The translations under genes and the position numbers were made by a program. DNA of 64,000 bases from Pelagomonas calceolata (Eukaryota): the NCBI GenBank assembly GCA_918797485.1, contig CAKKNE010000001.1, forward strand, positions 2,542,001-2,606,000, in the 5' to 3' direction. A model generated the notes under the pieces. It saw only the letters and a program-made list of their open reading frames with translations. It searched no databases and was not told the DNA's origin. Of this stretch, positions 18,442-28,392 are shown piece after piece. Each line of letters begins with the position of its first letter. Within the stretch, counting starts at the first letter, position 1.

Positions 18442-19491
18442 TTAGGCCCCCGGGACCGGTTTTGGGGAGGGGGGAGGCGGTGGGGAGGGCGCGACCAGGG
18501 GCGGCGCCGCGGGCGCCGGCGGCGAGACCGTGACGGCGGCGGCGACCGCGGGCGCCGCCGCCGCCGCGCGGCGGAGCTCCTCCATGAGCTTGGCGCTCCG
18601 CTCGGGGTGGTGCTCGGGGCAGAAGTGGCACATGCACGACGGCCCGCAGTTGCAGGGCCCGCCCGTCCGCGCGTTGCAGCCCTCCACCAACAACCCCAGC
18701 GAGTCCGCGAGCGCGAACTCCGCGGCGACCGGCGCCGCGGCGGGCTCGATGCCGTCGCCCGGCGCCTCGCTCACGACGCTGCCCGGGAAGCCGACGCCGC
18801 GCAGCGCCCCGAGGATGGCCGACGCGTCCTGCGTCGTCCGCACGTGCGCGAGCTTGCGCGGAATGTTGACCCCCACCAGCTCCGTGCCGGCGAGGGCGTC
18901 GAGGGCGCCGCGCACGGCGCTGCCGCAGCTCGCGGCGCACATCATGTCGGGCACGCTAATCAGCAGCGACGTGGTCGGCGCGCCCGGCGGCGGCGGCGGC
19001 CGCGCGGGCACGGGCGCGCGCGGCGCCGACGCCGCCGCGAAGGCGAGGATCGCGACCTCGGCCGCGTAGTGGGGCGGGACGGCCTCGGCCGCGGCCTCGG
19101 CGCCGCCCGGGGCCTGCCGCGGGCCGAGCGCGAGCGCCGCGCGCGCCGCGGCCGCCGCGATCTCGTGCGACGCGGGCCGCGGCGCGACGCGCGGGCGCTT
19201 CGGCGACGGCGCGCCGGGCGGCTGGAGGGGGGGGACGGGCCCCGCCGCGCCGCCGCCGCCCGCGGCGGCGAGCCAGGCGTCGTGGCGCCGCTGCTGCTCG
19301 AGCGCGCGCTTCTCCTCGCGGCTCAGCTCGAAGACGAGGCCCTTCAGGGCCGGCGGGTAGTCGTGGACGAAGCTGCACTCGCGGTTCCACTTCTGGCACG
19401 TCCAGCACTTGCGGCCGGGGCCCCGCGGCTTGCACTCCTTGACCTTGCGGCGGCGCCGCGAGCACTCGGTGCAGCACTTGCGCTCGCGCAT
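18442..19491 (-). CDS. Putative metal-sensing transcription factor: Zn2Cys6-like DNA-binding domain, HMA domain and Cuf1/Mac1-type Cys-rich motif
   Basis: CTECSRRRRKVKECKPRGPGRKCWTCQKWNRECSF; NLS-like PSPKRPR; HMA-like ISVPDMMCAASCGSAVRGALDALAGTELVGVNIPRKLAHV; CNCGPSCMCHFCPEH. Confidence 0.75.
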   Translation of the reverse strand: MRERKCCTECSRRRRKVKECKPRGPGRKCWTCQKWNRECSFVHDYPPALKGLVFELSREEKRALEQQRRHDAWLAAAGGGGAAGPVPPLQPPGAPSPKRPRVAPRPASHEIAAAAARAALALGPRQAPGGAEAAAEAVPPHYAAEVAILAFAAASAPRAPVPARPPPPPGAPTTSLLISVPDMMCAASCGSAVRGALDALAGTELVGVNIPRKLAHVRTTQDASAILGALRGVGFPGSVVSEAPGDGIEPAAAPVAAEFALADSLGLLVEGCNARTGGPCNCGPSCMCHFCPEHHPERSAKLMEELRRAAAAAPAVAAAVTVSPPAPAAPPLVAPSPPPPPSPKPVPGA

Positions 19492-19905
19492 CGCGCTCTG
19501 GTCGGTCTGAAGCGCTGTCCGCTCCGCTCGCGGTCTGATGCGCGCCCTGGCCGCTGTCCGCTGCTCGGCAAATACGGCGCTGCGTAAGATACAGGGTTCG
19601 TTGCTCGGCGTCGGCTTGTGGGGCGACGCTGTTAAGGTGAGCACTTACTGCGGTACTGGAGCCAGATACTTACCTAGCGTATACCCCCCCCCGCTCTTAC
19701 CCTAGCCTCTCTAGCCCCCCTTCAAGACACGCGAGGAATCACGCGCAGGAGGTCTGGGCCCGGCAGCGCACCGGAACTCATACGAAGTCCGCTCTCAACG
19801 GCCACTGGCACACGCGTCGCGCGAACACGACGACGACCCGAATGCCAAGCTAGTAGGACAAACAAGCAACTGCACAGTCTTTACCCGGGTCTTGTTGTTG
19901 GGGGC

Positions 19906-21276
19906 TCAGAACCCCTTCATCCAGTCGGGGAGCGAGTCGCCGCTCTTCTGGCGCGCGGGCGCCGGCGTCGGCGCCGGTGCCTCGGACCAGCCCGCGCCCC
20001 AGGCGCCGCTCTGCACCGGCGGCGGGGCCGCGGCGGCTTGGAAGGCCGGCGCGGCCGGCGCGGCGGGTCGGCGCGCGATTGGCGGCGGCGCCGCGGGCGC
20101 CGCGGGGCGCCGGGCCACGGGCGGCGGCGCGGCCGGCGCGGCCGGCCGGCGGGTCACGGGCGGCGGCGCGGCGGGAGCGGCCGGCCGGCGGGCCACGGGC
20201 GGCGGCGCAGCCGGCGCGGCGGGCCGGCGGGCCACGGGCGGCGGCGCGGCCGGCGCGGCCGGCGCGGCCGGGCGCTGCGCCGGCGGGGCGGTCCAGGTGC
20301 TGCCCCAGGACGGCGCCGCCCCGGCATGGGCGAGCGCGGGCCGCGCCGCCGGCGCGGGCCACCCGGGCTGGGGGGCCGGCGCGGTCCGCGCGGATACCGC
20401 AGGCGCGGTCCGCGTGGGCACCGCGGGCGCCGCGCGCATGGGCACCCCGGGCGCCGCGCGCATGGGCATCGCGGGCGCGGGGCGCGGGACCATGGGCGGC
20501 GCCGGCTCGCCGCCGCCGGCCAGCGGCGCGTCGCGCGGCGCCGGCGCGCAGGCGGCGAAGGGGTCCAGGAGATCCACCTGGCGCGGCGCCGGCGCCTCGA
20601 CGCGCGGCGCGTAGGACGCGCGCGGTGGCGCGAACGGCGCCGGCGCCGCGGCCGCGGCCGCCGGAGCCGCGGGCGCGGGCGGGCCGCTCCCGGCGCTCGT
20701 CGAGAAGCGCTGCGGCGCGGGGTCGATCGGCCGGCCCTCGGCCCAGCGCGCGCGCGTCCGCTCGAGCAGGTCGGCGCCGGCGGGCCGCGCGGCCCCGATC
20801 TGGAGGCTCGCGCGGCGCTTGGAGCGGTGCGACACGAGCGGCGGCGCGCCGGCGACGAGGAGGGCCGGCCGCCGGTACGTCGGCGCCCCGCGGCGCCGCG
20901 GCCGCGGCGCGGCCGCCGCGGGCGCCGCGCGCGGCGGCGGTTTCGCGGCGGCCGCCGGCGACGCCGGCGCCGCGGGGGCAGGAGGGGCCAGGGGGGACGG
21001 CGGATGGTCGAGCGACGAGGCCTTCTCGAGCTGGTCGAGGCTGGCCATCGTCTCGGCGAGCGACTTGGGCCGCGCGCGCGCGGCCGCGGCCCCGCCGCTC
21101 GTCGGGCCCCGGTGCGGCTCCGCCGGCTTCTTGGCCAGGGCGTCCTGGCGCTTCGCGTCGGCGTTCAGCTGGGCCTGCCAGAGCAGGTCCGCGCCGGCGT
21201 CGGACTTGCGCCGCGCGGCGGCCGGCGCGGGCTTTGGCGGCGGGGCCGCGCTCTTCTTGGAGCCGAAGACGGGCAT
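19906..21276 (-). CDS. Pro/Ala-rich low-complexity protein with 13-aa tandem repeats
   Basis: 456-aa ATG ORF. PAAPAAPPP(V/I)(A/T)RR occurs five times (about 20060-20260). DLLDPF resembles an endocytic adaptor motif. Confidence 0.6.
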   Translation of the reverse strand: MPVFGSKKSAAPPPKPAPAAARRKSDAGADLLWQAQLNADAKRQDALAKKPAEPHRGPTSGGAAAARARPKSLAETMASLDQLEKASSLDHPPSPLAPPAPAAPASPAAAAKPPPRAAPAAAAPRPRRRGAPTYRRPALLVAGAPPLVSHRSKRRASLQIGAARPAGADLLERTRARWAEGRPIDPAPQRFSTSAGSGPPAPAAPAAAAAAPAPFAPPRASYAPRVEAPAPRQVDLLDPFAACAPAPRDAPLAGGGEPAPPMVPRPAPAMPMRAAPGVPMRAAPAVPTRTAPAVSARTAPAPQPGWPAPAARPALAHAGAAPSWGSTWTAPPAQRPAAPAAPAAPPPVARRPAAPAAPPPVARRPAAPAAPPPVTRRPAAPAAPPPVARRPAAPAAPPPIARRPAAPAAPAFQAAAAPPPVQSGAWGAGWSEAPAPTPAPARQKSGDSLPDWMKGF

Positions 21277-21513
21277 CTTGGTAACGTCTAAGGCTGGGTA
21301 CGCTTGGTAGCTGTGGGTGAAAATGCGACAGCCTTGGCTGCCATAAAGCTAGCGTACACCAACACACTAGCAGCGTACGAGTACGCCCCTCTCTAGTGGT
21401 CTAGCTCCTGTCTAGGGGCCTAGTCCCTAGCACGAAAACGTTCCCATTATGATCTATACGTAGCATTTAGACCGCCGTACCAAAAATCGATTACAAGATA
21501 GTTACACCACTAG

Positions 21514-21777
21514 GGCATTGCGACGCGGAACGGCGTCAGCTACGGCGAGCTCGTGCTCGAGGACCGGAGACGGAGCGTATTCCACTGGGAGTTCCTCGAC
21601 CCGGAGCGGCTCGAGGCCGGCAGGGCGGCGGTGCTCGACGCGGGGTCGCCGCCCGGCGGGCGCGAGGTCTACGCGTTCTGGGTGAACCAGGACGTCGTCG
21701 TGCCGCCGGCCGCGTTCCTGGGCGCCGTCCGCGGCGCGGCGGCGAGCCCGCTGAACCGGCGACTACTCGCGGGGTAA
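21514..21777 (+). pseudogene. Orphan coding-like exon or gene fragment
   Basis: Open frame GIATRNGVSYGELVLEDRRRSVFHWEFLD...LLAG* begins right after CACTAG (in-frame TAG, possible acceptor). It has no ATG, and no upstream exon was identified. Confidence 0.35.
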
Positions 21778-21802
21778 GTCAAGGCCTGACACACAGTTTT
21801 AA

Positions 21803-23308
21803 TCAACGTTTCGGCGCGGGCGGCGGCGCCGGCAGCGCGAGCTTCTCCTTCAGCGCGGCGAAGGGCGCGTCGGCGCCGCGCCGGACGCCGGCGCGGACCG
21901 CGGGCGTCCAGTCGCGCGCGGACCAGTCCCTCCCTTTCACCATGACGACGAGCCAGCGCGCGTACTTCGTCGACAGCTGCTGGGGCTCGCAGGCCACGAG
22001 CGTCAGCGCCGGGTGCCGCGGCACGTCCTCGGGCGTCAGGTCGTTCGTCGCCGGCAGGAGGTACGCGAGGCGCCCCCCCCGTTTCAGACACCGCGCCGCG
22101 ATCTCGAGCAGGTCGCAGAGCACGTCGGCCGTCGCGTAGGGTTTCGTCGCCGGCACGTGCTCCCTCCGCAATTCGTCCGGCACCGGCTTGACGGCCCCGT
22201 CCTTGCCCGCGCACCGCGCGCCCGCGCGCACGCCGTACGGCGGGTCGCTGACCACGCAGTCGAACGCCCCCTCGATGCTCGGCCCCCGGAACGAGTCGAA
22301 GAAGCGCGAGCTGTCCATCCGGAGGATTTCCGGCAGCGGCAGGCCGTACTGCCGGAAGTTCGCGAAGATGGTCCGCCGCTCCCTGTCGTCGGCGTGCAGC
22401 GGCTGCAGCGCCGCCGAGGGCTGCTTCCGCGGGAGCGCGCCCCGCCGCCGTTCCCCGCTGTCGCGCTCGGACACGTGCTTGCCCCGCAGGACCTTCCAGT
22501 CGATGTCGCTTCCCAGGCACCTCCCGCCCAGCGCCGCGCACGCGACGAGGATGGAGCCCGTGCCCGCGAAGGGGTCCAGAGTAGAGCAGCCCTCGCGCAC
22601 ACCGGCCGCGTTCGCCATGATCAGCGCGAGCTCCGCGTCCAACGCCGTCGGGCCCAGGTACAGGCGCTGCTTGAGGTCCAACTTGGACACGAGCTCGCGC
22701 GCCCGGGACGCGGCCACGACGCGGCCGGCGTAGCACCTCGCGGGCGCGGCGCCCCTCGCCGGCCGCGCTTCGTCGTAAACCTCCACGACGCGGTAGCGGA
22801 CGTCCGCGCCCTTGAGGCGCACGCGCCCGCGGCACCGGAACGCGCCCCGGTATTGGTTCCGCACGGCCTCCTGCGCGCCCAAATCCAGGCCGACGCCGTA
22901 CGCCTCGACGCCCAGGCACCACGTCGTCTCCTCGCCGAAAAAAACGTCGGTGCCTTCCAACGCCGCCGCCTGCGCCGCGCAGGCGCCGTGGTCCGCCCCG
23001 ACGCCCCAGATCTCGAGCGCGTCCCGGACGAGGATGGCGCGCGTCACGACGTCCCGCAGCAGCCGGGGCGACGGCGCGCGCAGCACGACGTAGGGCTCCT
23101 CGCCCGCCGCCGCCGCCGCGCTCGGTCGGTCGTAGCACGACGCCGGGTCGAGGCCCGCGCTCCGGAGCAGCGCGTCGAGCTCGAGGTAGCGGAAGCGGTC
23201 CGTGTGCGCCTCGAGCACGAAGCGGAGCAGGTAGCGGTCGGCGACGGCGTCGTCGCGGGGCGGCGCGCGCGCCGCCTCGCGCTGCTGCTGCTTGGCGCGG
23301 TTGACCAT
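21803..23308 (-). CDS. TRM11: tRNA m2G10 methyltransferase catalytic subunit
   Basis: Motifs FRYLELDAL, RLYLGPTALDAELALIMAN, DPFAGTGSIL, GSDID, NFRQYGL, SDPPYGVRAG. Confidence 0.92.
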   Translation of the reverse strand: MVNRAKQQQREAARAPPRDDAVADRYLLRFVLEAHTDRFRYLELDALLRSAGLDPASCYDRPSAAAAAGEEPYVVLRAPSPRLLRDVVTRAILVRDALEIWGVGADHGACAAQAAALEGTDVFFGEETTWCLGVEAYGVGLDLGAQEAVRNQYRGAFRCRGRVRLKGADVRYRVVEVYDEARPARGAAPARCYAGRVVAASRARELVSKLDLKQRLYLGPTALDAELALIMANAAGVREGCSTLDPFAGTGSILVACAALGGRCLGSDIDWKVLRGKHVSERDSGERRRGALPRKQPSAALQPLHADDRERRTIFANFRQYGLPLPEILRMDSSRFFDSFRGPSIEGAFDCVVSDPPYGVRAGARCAGKDGAVKPVPDELRREHVPATKPYATADVLCDLLEIAARCLKRGGRLAYLLPATNDLTPEDVPRHPALTLVACEPQQLSTKYARWLVVMVKGRDWSARDWTPAVRAGVRRGADAPFAALKEKLALPAPPPAPKR

Positions 23309-23912
23309 TTTGTTAGTGTGCGCTCGTTTCGTATTCTGTTGCGCGGCGCTCGGCGTATGTGCGCTCGTTCTTATGCTGTTGCGCGCCGCTCGGCGTAGCA
23401 CAGATGTCGCCGAGGTGCAGCAGTGCAGAGTGGCGCCAGGCTGCTACACGTGCAGCGTCGCGCCGGTAGTGCAAGGACGGAGAGAGGTATTAATGATACT
23501 AATCGCGTGCACGGTTTACTTGTGAAATGCAGTCGCACCTTCCTCCTTAGCTCGACGAGCACTCGCAGACAAAGCCTACAGCTAGATGATAGACACTAGA
23601 CTCTGCGAAAGAGACCGTTTTATAATTCCTTGCGCTCGATGGGTACAAGGTTAAAAGATGTCTCGCGCGCCGCAAAACCCGCGTCAAAAAGCAAGCGCGC
23701 ATGCTAGCCGCGCCGCGCCCGCACAAACCTACACATCGTACTCCACAGTGCGGGCCGGCCGTACGCGCCCTTGACCCCGCCGCGCTAGCTGCTGCTGCTT
23801 CGGCCAACGCCCGAGGAACGCCCAACAGCGTTTCTCCAGGAACGTCGTTGCTCCATCAGGCGCCGGCCGCGCCGGGATAGCAAACCCTTTCGGCGCGTCG
23901 GCGGTCCGCCCT

Positions 23913-25859
23913 ATGCCGCAGAACACCACCGGCAAGAGCGGGCGCAAGCGCCGCAACCGGAAGAAGGGCAAGGGCCCCGCGCCGCTCTCGCCGCTGCCGC
24001 GCGCGGCCGCCGCGGACGTCACGAACGTCGCGACCGTCGCGGCGCCCCCGGCGCCCATGGCGCCCCCGGCGCCGGCCGCGCCGCCGCGCCTCCCGGCGGC
24101 CTTCCCCGAGCCCGCGCCGGCGCCGGCGGCGCCGGCGAGCCCCCTCGACGACTCGTCCCTCCGCGGGCCGCCCATGGCGCCCCCGGCGCCCATGTCGCCG
24201 GCGTCGGACGCGTCCGACGTCGAGCGCCACGTGCTCGCGCTCATGAGCCCGGACCAGGCGCCGGCGACGCCATCGGAGGCGTCGCCGGCGTCGCTCGCGA
24301 CGACGGAGCCGGCGTCGCCGCCGATGCCCGAGGACGAGCCGGCGCCGCCGCCCGCGGCCGACGTGGTCCTCGGCCCCGAGATCGGCCGCGGCAAGTTCGC
24401 GCGCGTCGTGCGCGCGACGCATGGAGGGCGCGTCGTCGCGGCGAAGCTGCCCGTGCGGAACGAGGACGACGACCGCGAGGAGGCGGAGGTCGCCAGGTAC
24501 CTCGCGCAGGAGATCCGCATGCTGCGGGGCTGCGACCACGAGCACGTCGTGCGCTTCGTGGGCGTCGTGGACGGGACGACGCTGCTGACGGAACTGTGCG
24601 CGGGCGGCGACCTGCTGAGGTTACTGGAAGGTAACGCGGAGCTGGGCTGGCCGCTGCGGCTGCGCCTCGCGGGCGACGCGTGCCGCGGCCTCGCGTACCT
24701 CCACGAGCGCGGCGTGATGCATAGGGACGTGAAGGCCGAGAACGTGCTGCTCTCCCAGGACTGGCGGGGCAAGCTCTGCGACTTCGGCATGGCCCGCGAC
24801 GCGGACGAGAACTCACAATGTAAGACGCTCTGCGGCACGCCGGAGTACATGGCGCCGGAGCTGCTGCTCGGCGAGGTCGAGGCGTATGGATTGGCCGCGG
24901 ACGTGTTCAGCCTGGGCTGCGTGCTGGTGGAGCTCGCGACGCGCGAGGCGTGCGCGACGTGTTTGGTGCGGGAAGCTAGAAACATGTTCGAGGTCGACGA
25001 CGATATCTTGCGGGCGAAGCTGGCGGGCGCGCCGGACAGCTTCGTGGAGCTCGCGGTGCAGTGTCTGGCGGGCGAGGACTACGAGCGGCCGCTCGCGGAG
25101 GACGCGCAGGCGTGGCTCGAGGAGCTGGCGAGCGAGGCGGGCGCGGTCGCGGCGCCGCCGGCGCCGGCCGGGGTCGCGCCGCCGCCGCCGCCCGCCGAGC
25201 CGCCGGCGCCCGCCCCGCCGACGGCGTGGGGCGCGCTCGGCCTCGACGCGGGCCGCGTGTCGGGCGAGCTCCTCCTGATGGACGCGGCCGGCCGCTTTGC
25301 GCGGCGCTGGGTCGTCGTCGCCGGGTCGTGCGTGTCGTGGACGGGCGAGGCGGCGCGCGACGCGGGCGCGCGCGACCTGCGCGCGGCGACGGCCGTGGCC
25401 GTCGAGGGCGACGACGTCGTCCTCGACGGGACGACGCGCTTCCGCGCCGCCGACGCGCTGCGCCGCGACGTCTGGGCGGCGGCGCTGCGCGCGGCGGTCG
25501 CGCGCGCGCCGGCCGGCGGCCCCGGCGACGTCGCGGTCGCCGTCGCGCCGCTGCCGCGCTTCCCGGGCTACGTGGACGTGCGCGCCCGCCGGGGCGGCCT
25601 GCGCGCGTCGCGCTTCGTCGCCGTGGAGGCGGTGACGACGGACCTCGACGCGCGGCTCGGCGCGCTGGCCGAGGACGACGCGGCGCTCCCGCGGCCGCCC
25701 GCCGGCGGCGGCGCCGACGCGGCGGCGGTGGAGGCCTACCTGGCGGAGGTCGCGGCGGCCGTCGGCGGGCGGCCGCGCCTGCTCGAGGCGCTCCTCGAGG
25801 CGCTCGACCTCGCCGACGACGGCCCGCGCGTCGTCGTCGGCGCCGCGCGCCCGGTCTAG
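23913..25859 (+). CDS. Protein kinase (TKL/LISK-like) with C-terminal PH-like domain
   Basis: Kinase motifs IGRGKFARV, HRDVKAENVLL, DFGMAR, CGTPEYMAPE. PH-like SGELLL...FARRWVVV...FRAADALRRDVWAAAL. Confidence 0.88.
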   Translation: MPQNTTGKSGRKRRNRKKGKGPAPLSPLPRAAAADVTNVATVAAPPAPMAPPAPAAPPRLPAAFPEPAPAPAAPASPLDDSSLRGPPMAPPAPMSPASDASDVERHVLALMSPDQAPATPSEASPASLATTEPASPPMPEDEPAPPPAADVVLGPEIGRGKFARVVRATHGGRVVAAKLPVRNEDDDREEAEVARYLAQEIRMLRGCDHEHVVRFVGVVDGTTLLTELCAGGDLLRLLEGNAELGWPLRLRLAGDACRGLAYLHERGVMHRDVKAENVLLSQDWRGKLCDFGMARDADENSQCKTLCGTPEYMAPELLLGEVEAYGLAADVFSLGCVLVELATREACATCLVREARNMFEVDDDILRAKLAGAPDSFVELAVQCLAGEDYERPLAEDAQAWLEELASEAGAVAAPPAPAGVAPPPPPAEPPAPAPPTAWGALGLDAGRVSGELLLMDAAGRFARRWVVVAGSCVSWTGEAARDAGARDLRAATAVAVEGDDVVLDGTTRFRAADALRRDVWAAALRAAVARAPAGGPGDVAVAVAPLPRFPGYVDVRARRGGLRASRFVAVEAVTTDLDARLGALAEDDAALPRPPAGGGADAAAVEAYLAEVAAAVGGRPRLLEALLEALDLADDGPRVVVGAARPV

Positions 25860-26281
25860 CCAGCCGCCTTCCTCCCGGCCCTAAGATACATACCGAGACT
25901 CGTTCGTCCGGAGCCGCCGCGTCCGAGTCCGACTCAGCAGAAGTACGGGCCCCGCAAGCAACCATGATTCCGGGTCGCCGGAGAACCCATCGCCCCTTGG
26001 ATCCATTAAGGGTCCCCCCAACCCTCGAAAGCCGGAGTTGCGCTCGTATTCATCCGCGGGAAGGCGAGATTAGAAACCGTCTGAGACCCCCCTTTGCCTT
26101 GCACCTCGACACAAGCTGTCCCGCAAAGGTGGTACCTGGCCAGTCGTGCCAGACATCAACATCCTCTGCCATCTTGGTCAAAGCCGCCACGCCACGACGG
26201 GCGTGGTGGTCCCAGGCCCAGCGACGAGACGAAAGCGGCTGGCAGCCCCGGCAGCCCCGGCGAGCGGCAACCCGTCCGCAG

Positions 26282-26485
26282 ATGCCGCTGCCCACGCTAG
26301 ACGAGACGAAGACCATGGAGCAGGGGCGCTCGGACACGCCGCCGGCGACCCTCAAGAAGTGCCGCTCGGCGGGCACGCTCCAGGAGGTGGCGCAGCACGT
26401 CGACCGCCGCCGGTCGCGCGCGTCGCGCGACGACGACGACGAGAAGCGGCCGGCCGGCGAGGGCAAGGCGCCGGAGAAGTCGTGA
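26282..26485 (+). CDS. Possible small protein (67 aa)
   Basis: ATG ORF MPLPTLDETKTMEQGRS...KS* with GC3-biased codons, flanked by non-coding-looking sequence. Confidence 0.35.
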   Translation: MPLPTLDETKTMEQGRSDTPPATLKKCRSAGTLQEVAQHVDRRRSRASRDDDDEKRPAGEGKAPEKS

Positions 26486-26656
26486 CGGTCCCTCCTCGCT
26501 CTCGCTCGCTCTCGCTTCTCTCCCGTCTTCCTCTCCTGTCCTCCTCGCCTCCACGACCGCGCCGCTGTCGTCAACGGCGCCGCGCTGCAAGCAACCTGCG
26601 CAAGCCTTCCCTTAACCCGTTTTAGAAATCACATCCAGAGACGAAGCGGCACTTAC

Positions 26657-27247
26657 TCACAGGCCGCCGATCTGCTTCAGGACGTCCCGGAGCGCGTCCC
26701 GGGCAAGAACCAACTCGTCCTTGGACAGGTCCATGTACTTGGCGACCTGGTCCTTGCCGCCCGACGGGTTGTACTCGCCGAAGGACGCCGTGTACGCGTA
26801 CTCCTGCGCGGACGTGCTGTGCTGCACGAACTGCTCCGTCGCCAGGTTCCAGGCGTCGATGTCGACGTCCGGCGTGATGGCGGCCTTGAAGAGCTTCTCC
26901 ACCTTGAAGAGCGGCGCGTCCGTCGACTTGAGGCCGAGCGCCGCGGGCACCTTGTTGGCGTCGCGGTCGCACTCGGCCGCGAGGGTCACCTGGCCCTCCT
27001 GGCCGCACTTGATGAACGTCTCCTTGTCCCAGTTCTTGAGGAGGGCCTCGATGCCGTCGTAGCCCGCCCGCAGCCGCTCCGTCGCGTCCGCGGCCAGGCT
27101 CGGGCGCGCGAGGCCCAGCGGCGCGAGGGACAAGGTGCGGAGCAGCGCGCGCCGCGAGCGCGGCGGCGCCCGCGGCGGCGCGTGGCGGACCGGTTCTGGT
27201 CGCAGGGCCGCGGCCCGCGCGAGGACGCAGGCTAGAACCAGCCGCAT
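26657..27247 (-). CDS. Probable thylakoid lumen protein (PsbQ-like helical)
   Basis: Signal peptide, transit peptide, twin-arginine RRALL, hydrophobic stretch and SLA cleavage site, followed by a helical domain (LLKNWDKET). Confidence 0.65.
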   Translation of the reverse strand: MRLVLACVLARAAALRPEPVRHAPPRAPPRSRRALLRTLSLAPLGLARPSLAADATERLRAGYDGIEALLKNWDKETFIKCGQEGQVTLAAECDRDANKVPAALGLKSTDAPLFKVEKLFKAAITPDVDIDAWNLATEQFVQHSTSAQEYAYTASFGEYNPSGGKDQVAKYMDLSKDELVLARDALRDVLKQIGGL

Positions 27248-27542
27248 AGTCAGCTGGGCTCCGGAGCACTGTGGTCTAGCGCGCTCGACGTCTCCGTGCT
27301 CGGACACAGCGACTCTCTGGCGTACTACTTCAATCACCCTGTTGCCACAGCAGAGGGAGAGCTCTGAGCTCTCCCTGGTTCAGGTGGTAGCGGCAGTAGG
27401 GCGCCTGAGGCAAAGAGCAGCTAAACGCGGCTCCTACAGCGCGTTTGATTGAAATTGTTGCGGTCATCGCGCTCCCAGCGCTGCTCTGCCGCCGCGCGTC
27501 GCGTGTGGAAGGATTGCGGCTGATCTTCTGGATCCGTAGAGG

Positions 27543-28382
27543 ATGAGGGCCGTCCTCGTCCTCATCACCTCGGCGCGGGCCTTCCAACGCCCGCACCACG
27601 TCCCGAAACCCGCGTGCCCCGCCGCGGTCCCCGACGCGAGCCCGGCCGAGTACGAACGCGTCTACGCGGCGGACTGCGAGGTGGGCGCGGGGCTCGACGA
27701 GCGTTTCTACGACTTCAACCGCGGCCTGGTCGCCGCGGTCAAGGGCTTCTTGGACGTGTTCCTGGAGGGGCGCGACGTGCCGCGCTTCTACGTGCTCGAG
27801 ACGCTCGCGCGGGTGCCGTACTTCGCGTACGTGTCCGTGCTCCACCTCCGGGAGACGTTCGGACATCGGGACGACGACCACGTCGCGCGCATCCGCGTGC
27901 ACTTCGCCGAGGCCGACAACGAGCTGCACCACCTGCTCATGATGGAGGCGCTCGGCGGGAACGCGAGCGTCGTCGACCGGTGCCTGGCGCAGACGCTGGC
28001 CGTGGGCTATTTCGGGTATTGCTGCGCGCTCTACGCGACGAACCGGAGGCTAGCGTACCACCTCTCGGAGCTCATCGAGGCGCACGCGTACGAGACGTAC
28101 GACGACTATCTGCGGCGGGAGGGTTCAGCTCTGAAGATGCAAGAGCCGCCGCCGGTCATCCGGGAGTACTACGAGAGCGTCGACGGCGACCCGCCCAAGA
28201 CGCTCTACGACGCGTTCGTCCGCGTCCGCGACGACGAGCAGAGCCACTGGGCGTCGCTGGCCGGCCTCGTCCAGTTCGATACCCTGGGCGGCGGGTCCGT
28301 CGCGACGCCGCCCTGCGCGGCGGACGACGAGGCGTGCCTCGCCGCGCCCGACGAGTGCCTCGTGCCCGCGGTGTCGCGCTAG
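27543..28382 (+). CDS. PTOX: Plastid terminal oxidase (AOX/PTOX di-iron family)
   Basis: Motifs RFYVLETLARVPYFAYVSVLHL, HFAEADNELHHLL, EAHAYETY, VRDDEQSH. Presequence with ARA-F cleavage. Confidence 0.9.
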   Translation: MRAVLVLITSARAFQRPHHVPKPACPAAVPDASPAEYERVYAADCEVGAGLDERFYDFNRGLVAAVKGFLDVFLEGRDVPRFYVLETLARVPYFAYVSVLHLRETFGHRDDDHVARIRVHFAEADNELHHLLMMEALGGNASVVDRCLAQTLAVGYFGYCCALYATNRRLAYHLSELIEAHAYETYDDYLRREGSALKMQEPPPVIREYYESVDGDPPKTLYDAFVRVRDDEQSHWASLAGLVQFDTLGGGSVATPPCAADDEACLAAPDECLVPAVSR

Positions 28383-28392
28383 AGTAACCCTT

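Noticed and set aside
19666..19675. ATACTTACCT matches the U1 snRNA 5' end
   Set aside because: Downstream sequence lacks U1 stem-loops and an Sm site. It is better explained as a minus-strand splice donor (AG|GTAAGTAT) of a possible 5'-UTR intron of the TF gene.
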